Shown piece by piece: positions 53,634-64,000 of a stretch of 64,000 nt of DNA (the first letter of the stretch is position 1; each line of letters opens with the position of its first letter). Made by a program: the position numbers and the translations under genes. Source of the DNA: Octopus vulgaris. Lineage: Eukaryota. The notes under the pieces are model-generated. The model was not told the DNA's origin. It saw only the letters and a program-made list of their open reading frames with translations, and did no database searches. The stretch spans positions 36,766,001 to 36,830,000 of the forward strand of contig OX597820.1 in the NCBI GenBank assembly GCA_951406725.2. The letters run 5' to 3'.

Positions 53634-53984
53634 AACAAATACTGGAATGTCACCATGCATAATGTTTACTAAATAGTTTCTAAAATTGAATATTGCTAAT
53701 GTTTACATTTAAACAGATTAAACCTGAACGTAAATAGCATCACACTATCAATACATCATATTGTGGATTGTTACAAGAGACGTTTCCATTAGAAATAATT
53801 AGCTACTGAAAACACATCAACTTGCTGGTTTTTAATCTCTTTCTCATTATTTGGTGTTATAAAATTGAGAGATAATTTGATCTATGGATATATACAGACA
53901 TAATATACTTACTATCTGTCCAATAAACCATCTTTACTGATTCACAGAACCCAAGTGATATACTTCCATGCAGACTTAATCAAA

Positions 53985-54008
53985 TCTTCAGCCGTATTTT
54001 CGTAAAAA
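53985..54008 (-). promoter_or_regulatory. Conserved upstream motif of ZF6
   Basis: tcttcagccgtattttcgtaaaaa. Confidence 0.7.
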
Positions 54009-54434
54009 CGGATCTCTCTCTCTTCTTCTTTTTTGTTATCCAGTACTCCAATATTAAGATGTGTAGCTGAAATTTATTTCTATCATCAAACAAATAGAGT
54101 ACTTATGCTGTGATTGGGTGATCCTACTTATATCGAAGTTTTGCCCTGTAATTGTATATTTCGTGATTTCAAAGTTGCACTTTTCTATTTCAAGAGGGGT
54201 CAAAATGTTCGTCACATACTGCGACCTGTCACTCACAAAATTCCACTGCAGATGTTTTAAAGTCCTTTTTCTTTTCTCTCCCTTTTCCTTGTTATACTTA
54301 CACTGATATAAATCTGTTGTACAGATGTTTGATCTTTTGGAACTAGTCACTTCTGGGTTCTAGTCTATGCTGGCATATCTATTGCAAATATCAGTTATAC
54401 ACTATGGTGTAAACGTTATTAATCAAGGAATAGA

Positions 54435-54850
54435 GGTGCAGGTATGGCTGTGTAGTTGAAACTTTTCTTCTCAATTACATGGTTTGGGATTTATCCTCAT
54501 TGCATCACACATTAGGTATCTTCTATTATAGCCCTGGGCCAACCAAAACTTTGTGAGCGCATTTAATATATGCAAACTGAAAGAAGCTAGATATCTACCT
54601 ATTTGTCTGTATTTGTGTTGCTTTGTCTTGACATCACATGATAGTTGTAAATGAGTGTCACTGTTATACAAGTAGTGTCATTCATTTCCAACGTTCTGTG
54701 AAAACGTGTTTGGTCATGGGAAAATATTACTTTACTTGGAAACAGGTAAAGGTTGGTGAGAAGAAGGGCATCGGGCTATACAAAATTTGCCTCAATAAAC
54801 CAAATTTGACCTATGCAAGTTTGGAATAGTAAGCATTAAAATTATGATGA
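54435..54850 (+). mobile_element. Degenerate tRNA-derived SINE with RTE-like tail
   Basis: ggtgcaggtatggctgtgtagtt head; homologous to 3470-4200. Confidence 0.7.
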
Positions 54851-55694
54851 AAATTAAATCTATTTTCCTTTTCCTCACAAGTAGGGGAAACAATTCTTGA
54901 CTTCTGATGTTAAACCTTGTTAACTGCAAAGATTATGTAATGCATTGACTACAACATTCTACTGCCAAGCATGTCAATTAAATATATATACAGTTGCATG
55001 TGTGTATGTGAACATGTGCACAAGTGTGTATATGTGTGTGTGTGCATGTTTATATATATATATATAAAGTGAGTCTGCATGTGCATGTGAGTGTATGTAT
55101 ATGCCTATGTATATATACATGCAGTGTGTACATACTTGTCAGTCTGTATGCATACTCGCATTTATAAAAATGTGAACACATGTATGATATGACAGTCCAG
55201 CTAACATGCACTTTCAATTTGAAAGTAAGTTTGAAAATTGTGTCTTTATGTGCTCCATATAGCAAAATTGGTAGAATAGTCAGTACTGTTGATGACAGTG
55301 TGTGTAGAAATATCTGTTCTTCACATGACATCATGCATAGAATGGACAATTTTCTGTGTCACAATGTATGCAACCAAGGTAAGTGGGGATGTCAGTAATT
55401 AGATACACCTATTGATATTGCAGCACATTAATCACCGACTAGATGAGAATTAACTTAATTTAAGCATCAAGTATGCAAATTTGCATTACAGATAAGTTAT
55501 GAGATACAATCAGTCATCTTTCAGGAGAGATTTACTACAATGTTCCCCTTCCAGATTGATGGTAACAAAACGAACAGCAATAAATTATGAATTTACTCCA
55601 GCACAGAAAAATAAATGTTTAATGTGTAAATGTAAGTGTAGTTATGAAATTCTTGCATTAACAAGTAAGTTGGTATGAACTAGTCACTAACATT

Positions 55695-55809
55695 GTTCCA
55701 GGTTCAATCCCACTGCACAACACCTAGGGCAAGTGTCTTCTACTATAGCCTCGGGCTGACCAAAGCCTTTTGAGTGGATTTGGTAGACGGAAACTGAAAG
55801 AAGTCCATC

Positions 55810-55855
<46 letters not shown>

Positions 55856-56026
55856 GAATATGTTTGTGTGTCTGTGTTTGTCCCCTCAACATCTCTGTCA
55901 CTTAGCGATTCAGCAAAAGACCGATAGAATAAGAAGTACTAGGCTTACAAAGACTAAGTCCTGGGGTCAATTTGTTTGACTAAAGGCGGTGCTCAAGCAT
56001 GGCTGCAGTCAAATGACTGAAACAAA
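55695..56026 (+). mobile_element. tRNA-derived SINE
   Basis: Same family as 8596-8987, on the opposite strand. Confidence 0.85.
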
Positions 56027-56044
56027 ATAAAAAAACAACAACAA

Positions 56045-56882
56045 GAGCACTGGCAGAGAAAATGGAATGCTCCCACACTGCTATAGAGAAGTATCTTCAC
56101 TCGATGGGAAAGGCTCAGAAGTATGGAGCATGGGTTCAGCATGCTTTAAGTGACAACAAACAAAAATCAACGAGCCACAATCTCTGCTGGTTTGCTTGCT
56201 TGTCACCGCTCAACTCATGGACACAAACAATGATTTCTTTACCGAGTCGTTACTGCTTGTACATCAATATGAAGCAGCGTAAGCAATGGCTTAGCTCCAG
56301 TAAACAAGCGACACCATGCATGGAACAAGATCTTCATCCACGTAAAATGATGTTGTGTGTATGGTGGGACTAGGAAGGGATTATCCATTACAAATTGCTT
56401 GAACAGAACCAAACTGTCAACGCGGAACTCTATGTTTAACAGATGGAATGACTCAACACAGCTATTCAAGAGAAAAGACTTAATCGGCAGTATGGAGTTC
56501 TTCTGCTGCATGACAACGCCCGCCCTCATATCGCCAATATGACCAAGGAAGCCATTCAAACACATAGCTGGGAAGTGCTACCACACCTGCCATACCCTCC
56601 TGATTTGGCACCAATGAATTTCCACCTCTTTCGATCTCTTTCAAATGCTATGCACAGAGTTTCGTCCAATACTGATGCAGAATTGAGAGCTTGGTTGGAT
56701 CAATTTTTCGAGATGAAATCGGGTGATTACTACCAACAAGGTATTGAAAATCTTATATATTATTGAACGTTGGGAAGAAGTTGTAAGCAATAAGGGTGAA
56801 TACATTATTGATTAATTAGTTGATATTTTTTATTAAACCTTTTAAAAAATAAAACGGTGGGAAATTAGTCGCCAAACCAATA
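56045..56882 (+). mobile_element. Mariner transposase relic, 5' truncated
   Basis: WVQHAL (WVPHEL-like), KMMLCVWWD, LLHDNARPH and PHLPYPPDLAPMNFHLF (YSPDLAPxD-like) across stops and frameshifts; TIR-like end gccaaaccaata. Confidence 0.9.
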
Positions 56883-57123
56883 CAAAAACCAAACTATATC
56901 CTATTTAACTGCAGACTGTCTCTTGTACTAATTTACATGTAACTATCTATGATGTAATTATTTGACACTTGTATTTTCTTCTCCCAACCACATCTTTATC
57001 TTTCTGGAAGTTAATGATGTTACATCAGTCCTGTACAACCTGATAAACTACATGATGGATAGTTTAACATCAACCCAACCTCATGGTTTGAATACTTTAA
57101 CAATTGTCATGTTAATTGTTTAC

Positions 57124-57500
57124 TGTGTGGTTAAGACATCTGAATCCCAACCACATGGGTTTGGGTTCAGTCCAAGTGAGTGGCACTTTTGGCAATTGTC
57201 TTCTACTATAGCCCCAAGCTCACCAAAGCCTTGTGTAAGTGGATTTGGTAGAAAGAAACTTGTATGTATATGTGAGTGTGTCTCCTAGCCTTGACATTGC
57301 ATATTAATTGTAAATGAGCATCACCACCATACAAGCAGTGTCCCTCACTTACAATCTTCCATGAAAATATGTCTGGCCAAAAGGAAATCTTATCTTACTT
57401 GGAAACCAGTGAGGACTGGCAACAAAAAGAGCATCTAGCCATACAAAATCTGCCTTATGCAGGCATAGAAAAATGAATGTTAAAACAGTGACGATGATGA
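57124..57500 (+). mobile_element. Degenerate tRNA-derived SINE with RTE-like tail
   Basis: tgtgtggttaag..gggttcagtcc head; homologous to 54435-54850. Confidence 0.7.
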
Positions 57501-59563
57501 TGAATCCTGAAAATGATTCAGAAATCAGCATTTTGTTATCAATGAAGCTGGTATTTGCCATTTATTAAGATCTTTCACATCATGGTATCTTGTAAATATA
57601 CTGTAAATATTCCAAGTTAGACATCATTGACATTAACAGCCATCAGTATGTTCATGAACATACTGATTGCTATTGTATTTTGTCTACTGAGAACAACTTC
57701 TTTCAAACAATGTATGTTCACTAGTTATTTCATCGCTTCATTCCTCAATAATACTTTTGTGTATTTTGAAGAAGGCTGATTTGTTGTAAACAGTTTACTT
57801 TACTTGAAACAAGATATTTTGCAGATTATTGCATTCAAAAACTATGGAAAGAGAAGCAGAGTCATGATTACAAAAAAATATGGAAATAGAATTATCTATT
57901 TGGACCAGGGGCAATGTAGTCTAGGTTGCAATCCAAAGAATCAATAAACACCTGAAACGATTTTAAGCATTAAAGGTGCTGAATTATTAGCAAATTATAT
58001 CTAGAAAAGCATAATAATTTAAGGTTAAAGCTCTCTAATTTCCAGCTAAATATCAATGCAATAACTACTAGTATTCATCAAACACATATTTCACAGTATA
58101 CATCCCATCTATATCAATATAATATGATTGAATTTTTATTTTTCAATTTTGTTGAGTATTTTCATGAAATATTTATTAAAAATGGGTAATAGCACAAAAG
58201 GGAGGAAGGAATTATTGTTTTTAAATCAAGTTTTTATTAATTATACTTACAAATTCACATGAAGGGGTCAATAAGTTATCAACTATTCAATGAAGGGATC
58301 AATGAAATAAGTTTGCTGACCCCTAATTTAGACAGAGGATTATAACATAATAGAATACATGAGAGTATTAAAATATAACATGCTACAGTTCAGTGACTAG
58401 TTGTATAGTGAAAGCAGGACTCATTCTAAGTATACATCGACAGTAGGTGTGATATCTACAAAGCAGGTCAAAGGTGACAGACTTGTGAACACAAATATAA
58501 GCATTCCAGTGGTTCACTGAAATTAATGGAGTAGGACAATTTTAGAAGGTAGCTATATGACCAAACTGGAGCCAAATGGTCAAAGATAGACAATTATGGG
58601 TTGGGGCTGAGAGGTGTTTAAGTTAGATCGATAAGTACCTTAATAATGATCATACATACCGTGTCAATTTGGACATACTTTCCTCCCCAATGACAATGTA
58701 GTTCACATGGACATACCCTTTAACACTTATAACATTTAAATACTTCAACTTCATCAATCATATTCTGATAGCAACAGTAATGTAACATGCATTCTTCTGT
58801 GTCACACTTTTACTTTCTACCCTTAAATGGGTAACTTAGCTTTTCAAACTTCATCCTCCTATTCAACTATTGTATACTGCTTTGCTCCAAGTCCTGCTCT
58901 AACTGTACAATTAGTCACTTCTAACATGTTACAATTTGACAATATCCAGTCCTCTATGATGCTACAAGTCAAAATTATATCTCTCAAATCCCATTGAGAG
59001 ATATTTGTCAGCACATCTAGATTTTCTTTCTCCATTTGTGTCTCTGCTTTTCATATTATTTAACATTCTGCATGCAATAATCAACAGGTCAGAGTGTTTC
59101 AATTAAAGTTAACAGTTTACAGCAAATCATCCTACTTCTAAATACACAAACTTATTCTTGCAGAAACAAATGATGAAATAGTTTTTGTAGATTATCAAAA
59201 CTTTAATTAAAAGACAAAGAAATACATCAGTCACAAAATAGAACAATTCATAGCATTAAAATGATGACAAATGTCTGTGTAAGCAAACTAGATACTAAAG
59301 TTAATCCAAAATGAATCATTGAAAAATGTAATAACCATGTAGTGGAGAGATTCATACATTCATATGAACTTTTATTATAAAACTATGCACTGCTTCTTAT
59401 TTACAATTACCTTCCATGCTTCAGTTCTATCATCATGTAGAATGTGTAAGAAAAAAGAAAATCTCCAGATTATATTTGTCCATTTTCCAAAAAATTCCTT
59501 TGTATTATCTGTCCCATAGAAATTCCCTTTTGCCTTCATGAGGTAACAGTTCATAAAACTTCT

Positions 59564-60292
59564 TCAGATTAATTCTTTTATTGCTTGCTGTCCATGTGCC
59601 TTTTTTTTATGATTAGTCAAACTCCTATTCTCAGAGTAAGTTTTACCACAAATATCACAATGATACGGTTTTACACCTGTGTGAACAGGTTTGTGACGAT
59701 TTAAATTCTGATTGTCAGCATATGATTTACCACAAATATCACAAGTGTATGGTCTTTCACCTGTGTGACCACGTACATGGAGTGTTAAATGACCTTTCTG
59801 AGAGAAGGATTTACCACAGGTATCACAGCGAAATGGATTCTCACCTGTGTGAATACGTACATGTTGAATTAAATGACCATTCTGAGTGAATGTTTTATCA
59901 CATATATCACAGTGATATGGTTTCTCACCTGTGTGGATGCGTACATGTTGAGTTAAATGAGTATTCACCGAGAATGTTTTCCCACAGATTTCACAGTGGT
60001 ATGGATTGTCACCTGTGTGCATGCGTATGTGTCTAGATAAATTACTCTTGCCAGAGAATCTTTTTCCACAAATATCACAGTGGTATGGTTTCTCACCTGT
60101 GTGCATGCGGATGTGCTGAGTTAATCTATTACTGACACAGAATCTTTTACCACAGATATCACAGTGGTATGGGTTATCACCAGTATGTATGCGTATGTGT
60201 CTAGTTAATGCACTACTGCCAGAGAATGTTTTCCCACAGATATCACAATAGTATGGATTCTCACTACCCTGAGCACCTCTGTGATTAGTCAT
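59564..60292 (-). CDS. C2H2 zinc-finger protein ZF7, 8 fingers, N-terminally truncated; sister of ZF6
   Basis: 242-aa ORF with 8 intact fingers. Its C-terminal four fingers are nearly identical to those of ZF6. Confidence 0.85.
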   Translation of the reverse strand: MTNHRGAQGSENPYYCDICGKTFSGSSALTRHIRIHTGDNPYHCDICGKRFCVSNRLTQHIRMHTGEKPYHCDICGKRFSGKSNLSRHIRMHTGDNPYHCEICGKTFSVNTHLTQHVRIHTGEKPYHCDICDKTFTQNGHLIQHVRIHTGENPFRCDTCGKSFSQKGHLTLHVRGHTGERPYTCDICGKSYADNQNLNRHKPVHTGVKPYHCDICGKTYSENRSLTNHKKKAHGQQAIKELI

Positions 60293-60890
60293 GTTACCTC
60301 TTCAAAAAAATGTTTCCCTACAAGTATTAAAATAGCATGGCTTTTCACTTGTGTAAATAGGATTGTGTCTATTAAATGGATATTCTAAAATATGCTTACT
60401 ACAAATACCATTTTCATACAGTCCTGTGTGGATCTTTTGCCAAACATTAATTTATCAAATGCAGCAAATATTTTTCCACAGATATTGCAATGATATGGTT
60501 TCTCACATAAATGAATATATTTGTGTGTAGTCAAATGACTTTGCTAAGAGGTTACTCTCCACAAATATCAAAACAGTATAACTTTTCACCAGTATGGATA
60601 TGGTTATGCTTGGTCAAATTACTGATGTAGGATAAAGTTTTACAAAAAATTATGCCCTGATAAAATTTCTTATCATTCTGGACATCATTATGCAAGAACA
60701 AAATTTGTTTTTGGTAATTATTTAACTATTAATTTTAAAACATTTAAGCTTTTTAGCTTTTATGAAAAAAAATACTTTCTGCAATAAAGGATTAAACTAT
60801 ATAAATGTTTTTTTACTGGTATACAAGAGACAAAATTTGTATTTTTGCGTAGCAACTAGATTCTGATTTAGCTTGATCATGTTACATATC
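60293..60890 (-). pseudogene. Decayed N-terminal half (leader plus fingers 1-5) of ZF7
   Basis: Minus-strand translation gives ..HNDVQNDKKFYQGIIFCKTLSYISNLTKHNHIHTGEKLYCFDICGE* and ..TSEKPCYFNTCRETFF*RGNM, collinear with ZF4/ZF5 but with stops, frameshifts and lost cysteines. Confidence 0.85.
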
Positions 60891-62470
60891 TCTATCACAA
60901 TGTGCTTATAATCATAATTCAAACATTAAAGCAACTTCCTCAAGATTTTATAGATGTGTTACTTGTAATCTATTCTTCATAATACCAGTTTTCTTTCTTC
61001 AAAATCTGGTGAAGTTCCTTAAATATACTGAATTCCACAATACCATGTCATTGTCACCACAAAACCTGAAATATAAAACATAAGGTAAAAAGGACAATGT
61101 AAATGAAAGTTATTAGAGAAATAGGGCTTGACTAAATTGAATGAGAGAATAAAAGGGAAAGAGCAGAAAAATAATATTAAGGATATATAAAGGAAATGAC
61201 TGATGTTATGCATGGATAAGAACTTTTGAAAGGAAATAATGAGACACACAGATGTAGAAAGAAATCAAGAATTCTTTTTGTAGGAGTATACACATATAAA
61301 TAGCAAACTGTTGTCTACATAGAAGGTAGAAAAAAAAGCAATGAAAATTTAACACAAAGATTTGAAGAGAATGGGGACTAGACCAGAACAATAACAATGT
61401 TACAATAAAAAAAAAAAGAAAATACTGTGAAGGTAAGACGCAATAGTATGGACATATAGTGTGTAAATGAATGATGCATAGATGAGGTAATAAATGAAGT
61501 ATACAGATGTAGAAAAACTAATAATTTATTTATTTATTTATTTTATGTGAGTGGACTATAATATAAATAACTCGGGGACACCATCAATCTACTAAAGAAA
61601 ACATACCCATCAGAACTAGGCAATATCAATGAGTACATCTCTTTTGGACTGGATAAAACAATTTAATAACATTGGAAGTAACACACAATACAGCGATGTA
61701 CATGACATTGGGACTTTGATGGAGCGAAGCTATGAGGTGGTTACCAGGGATATAAAAGAAAGTTGGATACACACCCTCGGAATAGGGGCGGAAATCTAAT
61801 TACAAAGATTCTGTTGTTCACAATAAAATTGGATGAGAGCTAAAAGACAGTAAGGAACTTAGGGAGCATAAAATATTTTATGAGTTTTATGACAGAAGAC
61901 ATTAAAAGCAATCCACCATATATGGATGCTAAATAATGCATTTTCATTTAACATTGTCTATTAACATACATATACGAATAGATGCCTCGTCAAAACACAA
62001 AACACTTTGGAAGAACAAAACATATCGGGACTCAGAACAAACTGATATGATTGAAAAGAGATTTAATGACAACAGACAAAAAACAGGATTTGTTATTAAT
62101 TGTGACAATCTGTCACAAATGATACTTGAAAGTTACTATGCTTAATGTTTGGTAAATAGTTTCTGAAACTGAATGTCGTTAATATTTAAATTCAATCGAG
62201 TTTAAGCCTGAATGTAAATAACAACTGACTACCAATAGATCATAATATGGATTGTTACAACAGAGGCTTTTTGTACTAGAAATATTAAAATAATTAACAA
62301 CTGACAAAGCATCAACTTAATGTTTTATCTGTCTCTCAGTATTTGGGGAGATAATCATATACAAGGAGATATGTAGAGATATAATATACTCACTATATGT
62401 TCAGTCAAGAAATTCCACTGATTTCACAGAACCTTAGCGATAAACTTTAATGCAAACCTAATTCATCAAA

Positions 62471-62710
62471 TCTTCAGCCGTGTTTTCGTAAAAAAAAGAC
62501 TTTTTTTCTCATTATTTTGTGTTGTAACACCGAGTGATGGTCTGATCTGTGTATGTATATATATATATATATATAAAGAGAGAGAGAGAGAGATGATATA
62601 CTCAATTTATGTGCAGTCAACCAACTTTATTTTCACAAAATCTACGTGACATACTTTAATACCAACTTAATCCATCAAATCATCAGCCGCACTTTCGTAA
62701 AAAAAAAAAA
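62471..62710 (-). promoter_or_regulatory. Two copies of the upstream motif of ZF7
   Basis: tcttcagccgtgttttcgtaaaa at 62471 and tcatcagccgcactttcgtaaaa at 62680. Confidence 0.7.
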
Positions 62711-64000
62711 GATGCATCTCTATTTTAAACTTTCTTCTATTTGCTTTTTATTTATTTATTTTTCTCTCTTCCCATTCTCTGTGTGTTATCTTCCTTTATT
62801 GGGAAATTGTACGTAAATTCTATTTTTGTATATTAGCTACATGAACGATGTTATCAAATGTTTTCTAAAATGAATGCACATACAAGAAAACAGAGCAAGT
62901 TGATCAATTCCTTGTGAGTGAATTTGACAGATGATAACTGCGGAAGGCCATTGTATATGTGTGCCAGCCATTTAGGTTTGTTTATGCCCCTATAATCTAG
63001 CAGTTTTACACCGATAAAATACTAATTAGACTTGGAAAATAAGAACTGGGGGCAATTTGGTCAATTTAACCATTTAGGGCAGTACTCCATCATGGCCGTT
63101 GACAATCTGGTGTGTTTGTTTGCCAACCCAGGCTTCGCTGCTCATCAAGCTGAGAAGAGTAAATTATCGACCACTCTCTGACTGATTTGTAGTCCAGCCT
63201 GTGGGTGTAGAACCTTCAGCCTACATACCTGCTCTTGGAGCAGAGATGGCTATCTACAAATGCGAACCCTGTGAGTCGGAGTGACTGTTCCAGTGTGTCA
63301 CCCTCACCATCCTCCTGGGCAATACCTTTTCTATTTTGTCCACCAGGACCATGAGGCAGACTGACAAGTTTTATGTCTTATAAACATAGCAACAAAAATG
63401 ACATTAAATAAAAACCAAGTTTATATACAACTGTTTGTCTGGTTATCTATGACTGAGATGTACGCTATGACTGTACGCTAAATTCTTAGAATTCCTGAGC
63501 CTCCCTCCCAACCGGTTTGCCTCCCCTTACCAAAAGGGTGGTGTACGTGGATACTATTTCAAGTCCATATAAGGAAATATTATTGCATCATCATTTTTTA
63601 AAGAAATAAGATTAATCACCATGCAATGACTAAGGAAGATAGTCTGATAAAGGGGCATATAAGCTCTTCACTGAAAAAAGACTTTCCCATCCGATATATA
63701 TATATATATCCTTCTGGTGCAAATGGTTTTTTATATGGCACTGTTTTTACAATCCTTTATATAATAATGGTATTTTTATATTGGCTTAAAGCTTATGGCG
63801 ATCAGCGTGCAATGACTAAGGAAAATGGTCTAATAAAGGGGCATATAAGCTCTCAACAAAAAAAAAAGAAAGCTTTCCTATCTGCTGCTTTGGCATGGTT
63901 TCTATGTCAACCATTTTACAAAGTGTACAGGAGGCTTTTTATGTGGCACCAGCACCAGTAGAGGCACCAAGTAACTTGCAAGATGAATACTTATTAACAG

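Overview
AT-rich eukaryotic genomic DNA, most likely octopus; this is inferred from the SINE/RTE repeat families and the gene content. The window holds a tandem cluster of seven C2H2 zinc-finger genes, six on the minus strand and one inverted on the plus strand, each with its coding sequence in one exon (8-14 intact fingers, TGEKPY linkers, no recognisable KRAB/SCAN/BTB/ZAD domain). I label them ZF1-ZF7 from left to right. Each gene sits in the same duplicated cassette: a conserved upstream motif (sense strand TTTTACGAAARTACGGCTGA), a putative short non-coding exon, an intron, a conserved 3' splice acceptor often followed by a 13-15 codon uORF, and then the finger exon. Spacers contain tRNA-derived SINEs, RTE, Penelope and R4/Dong-like fragments, a mariner relic, two solo LTRs, a Helitron and several MITEs with clear target-site duplications. 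The main hypotheses are: (1) a shared cluster promoter element; (2) a conserved C-terminal three-finger module whose predicted target (GGC-TGA-[A/T]GA) matches that element, suggesting cross-regulation within the cluster; (3) polarised N-terminal finger decay with translation restart at internal methionines. Repeat boundaries without target-site duplications are approximate.
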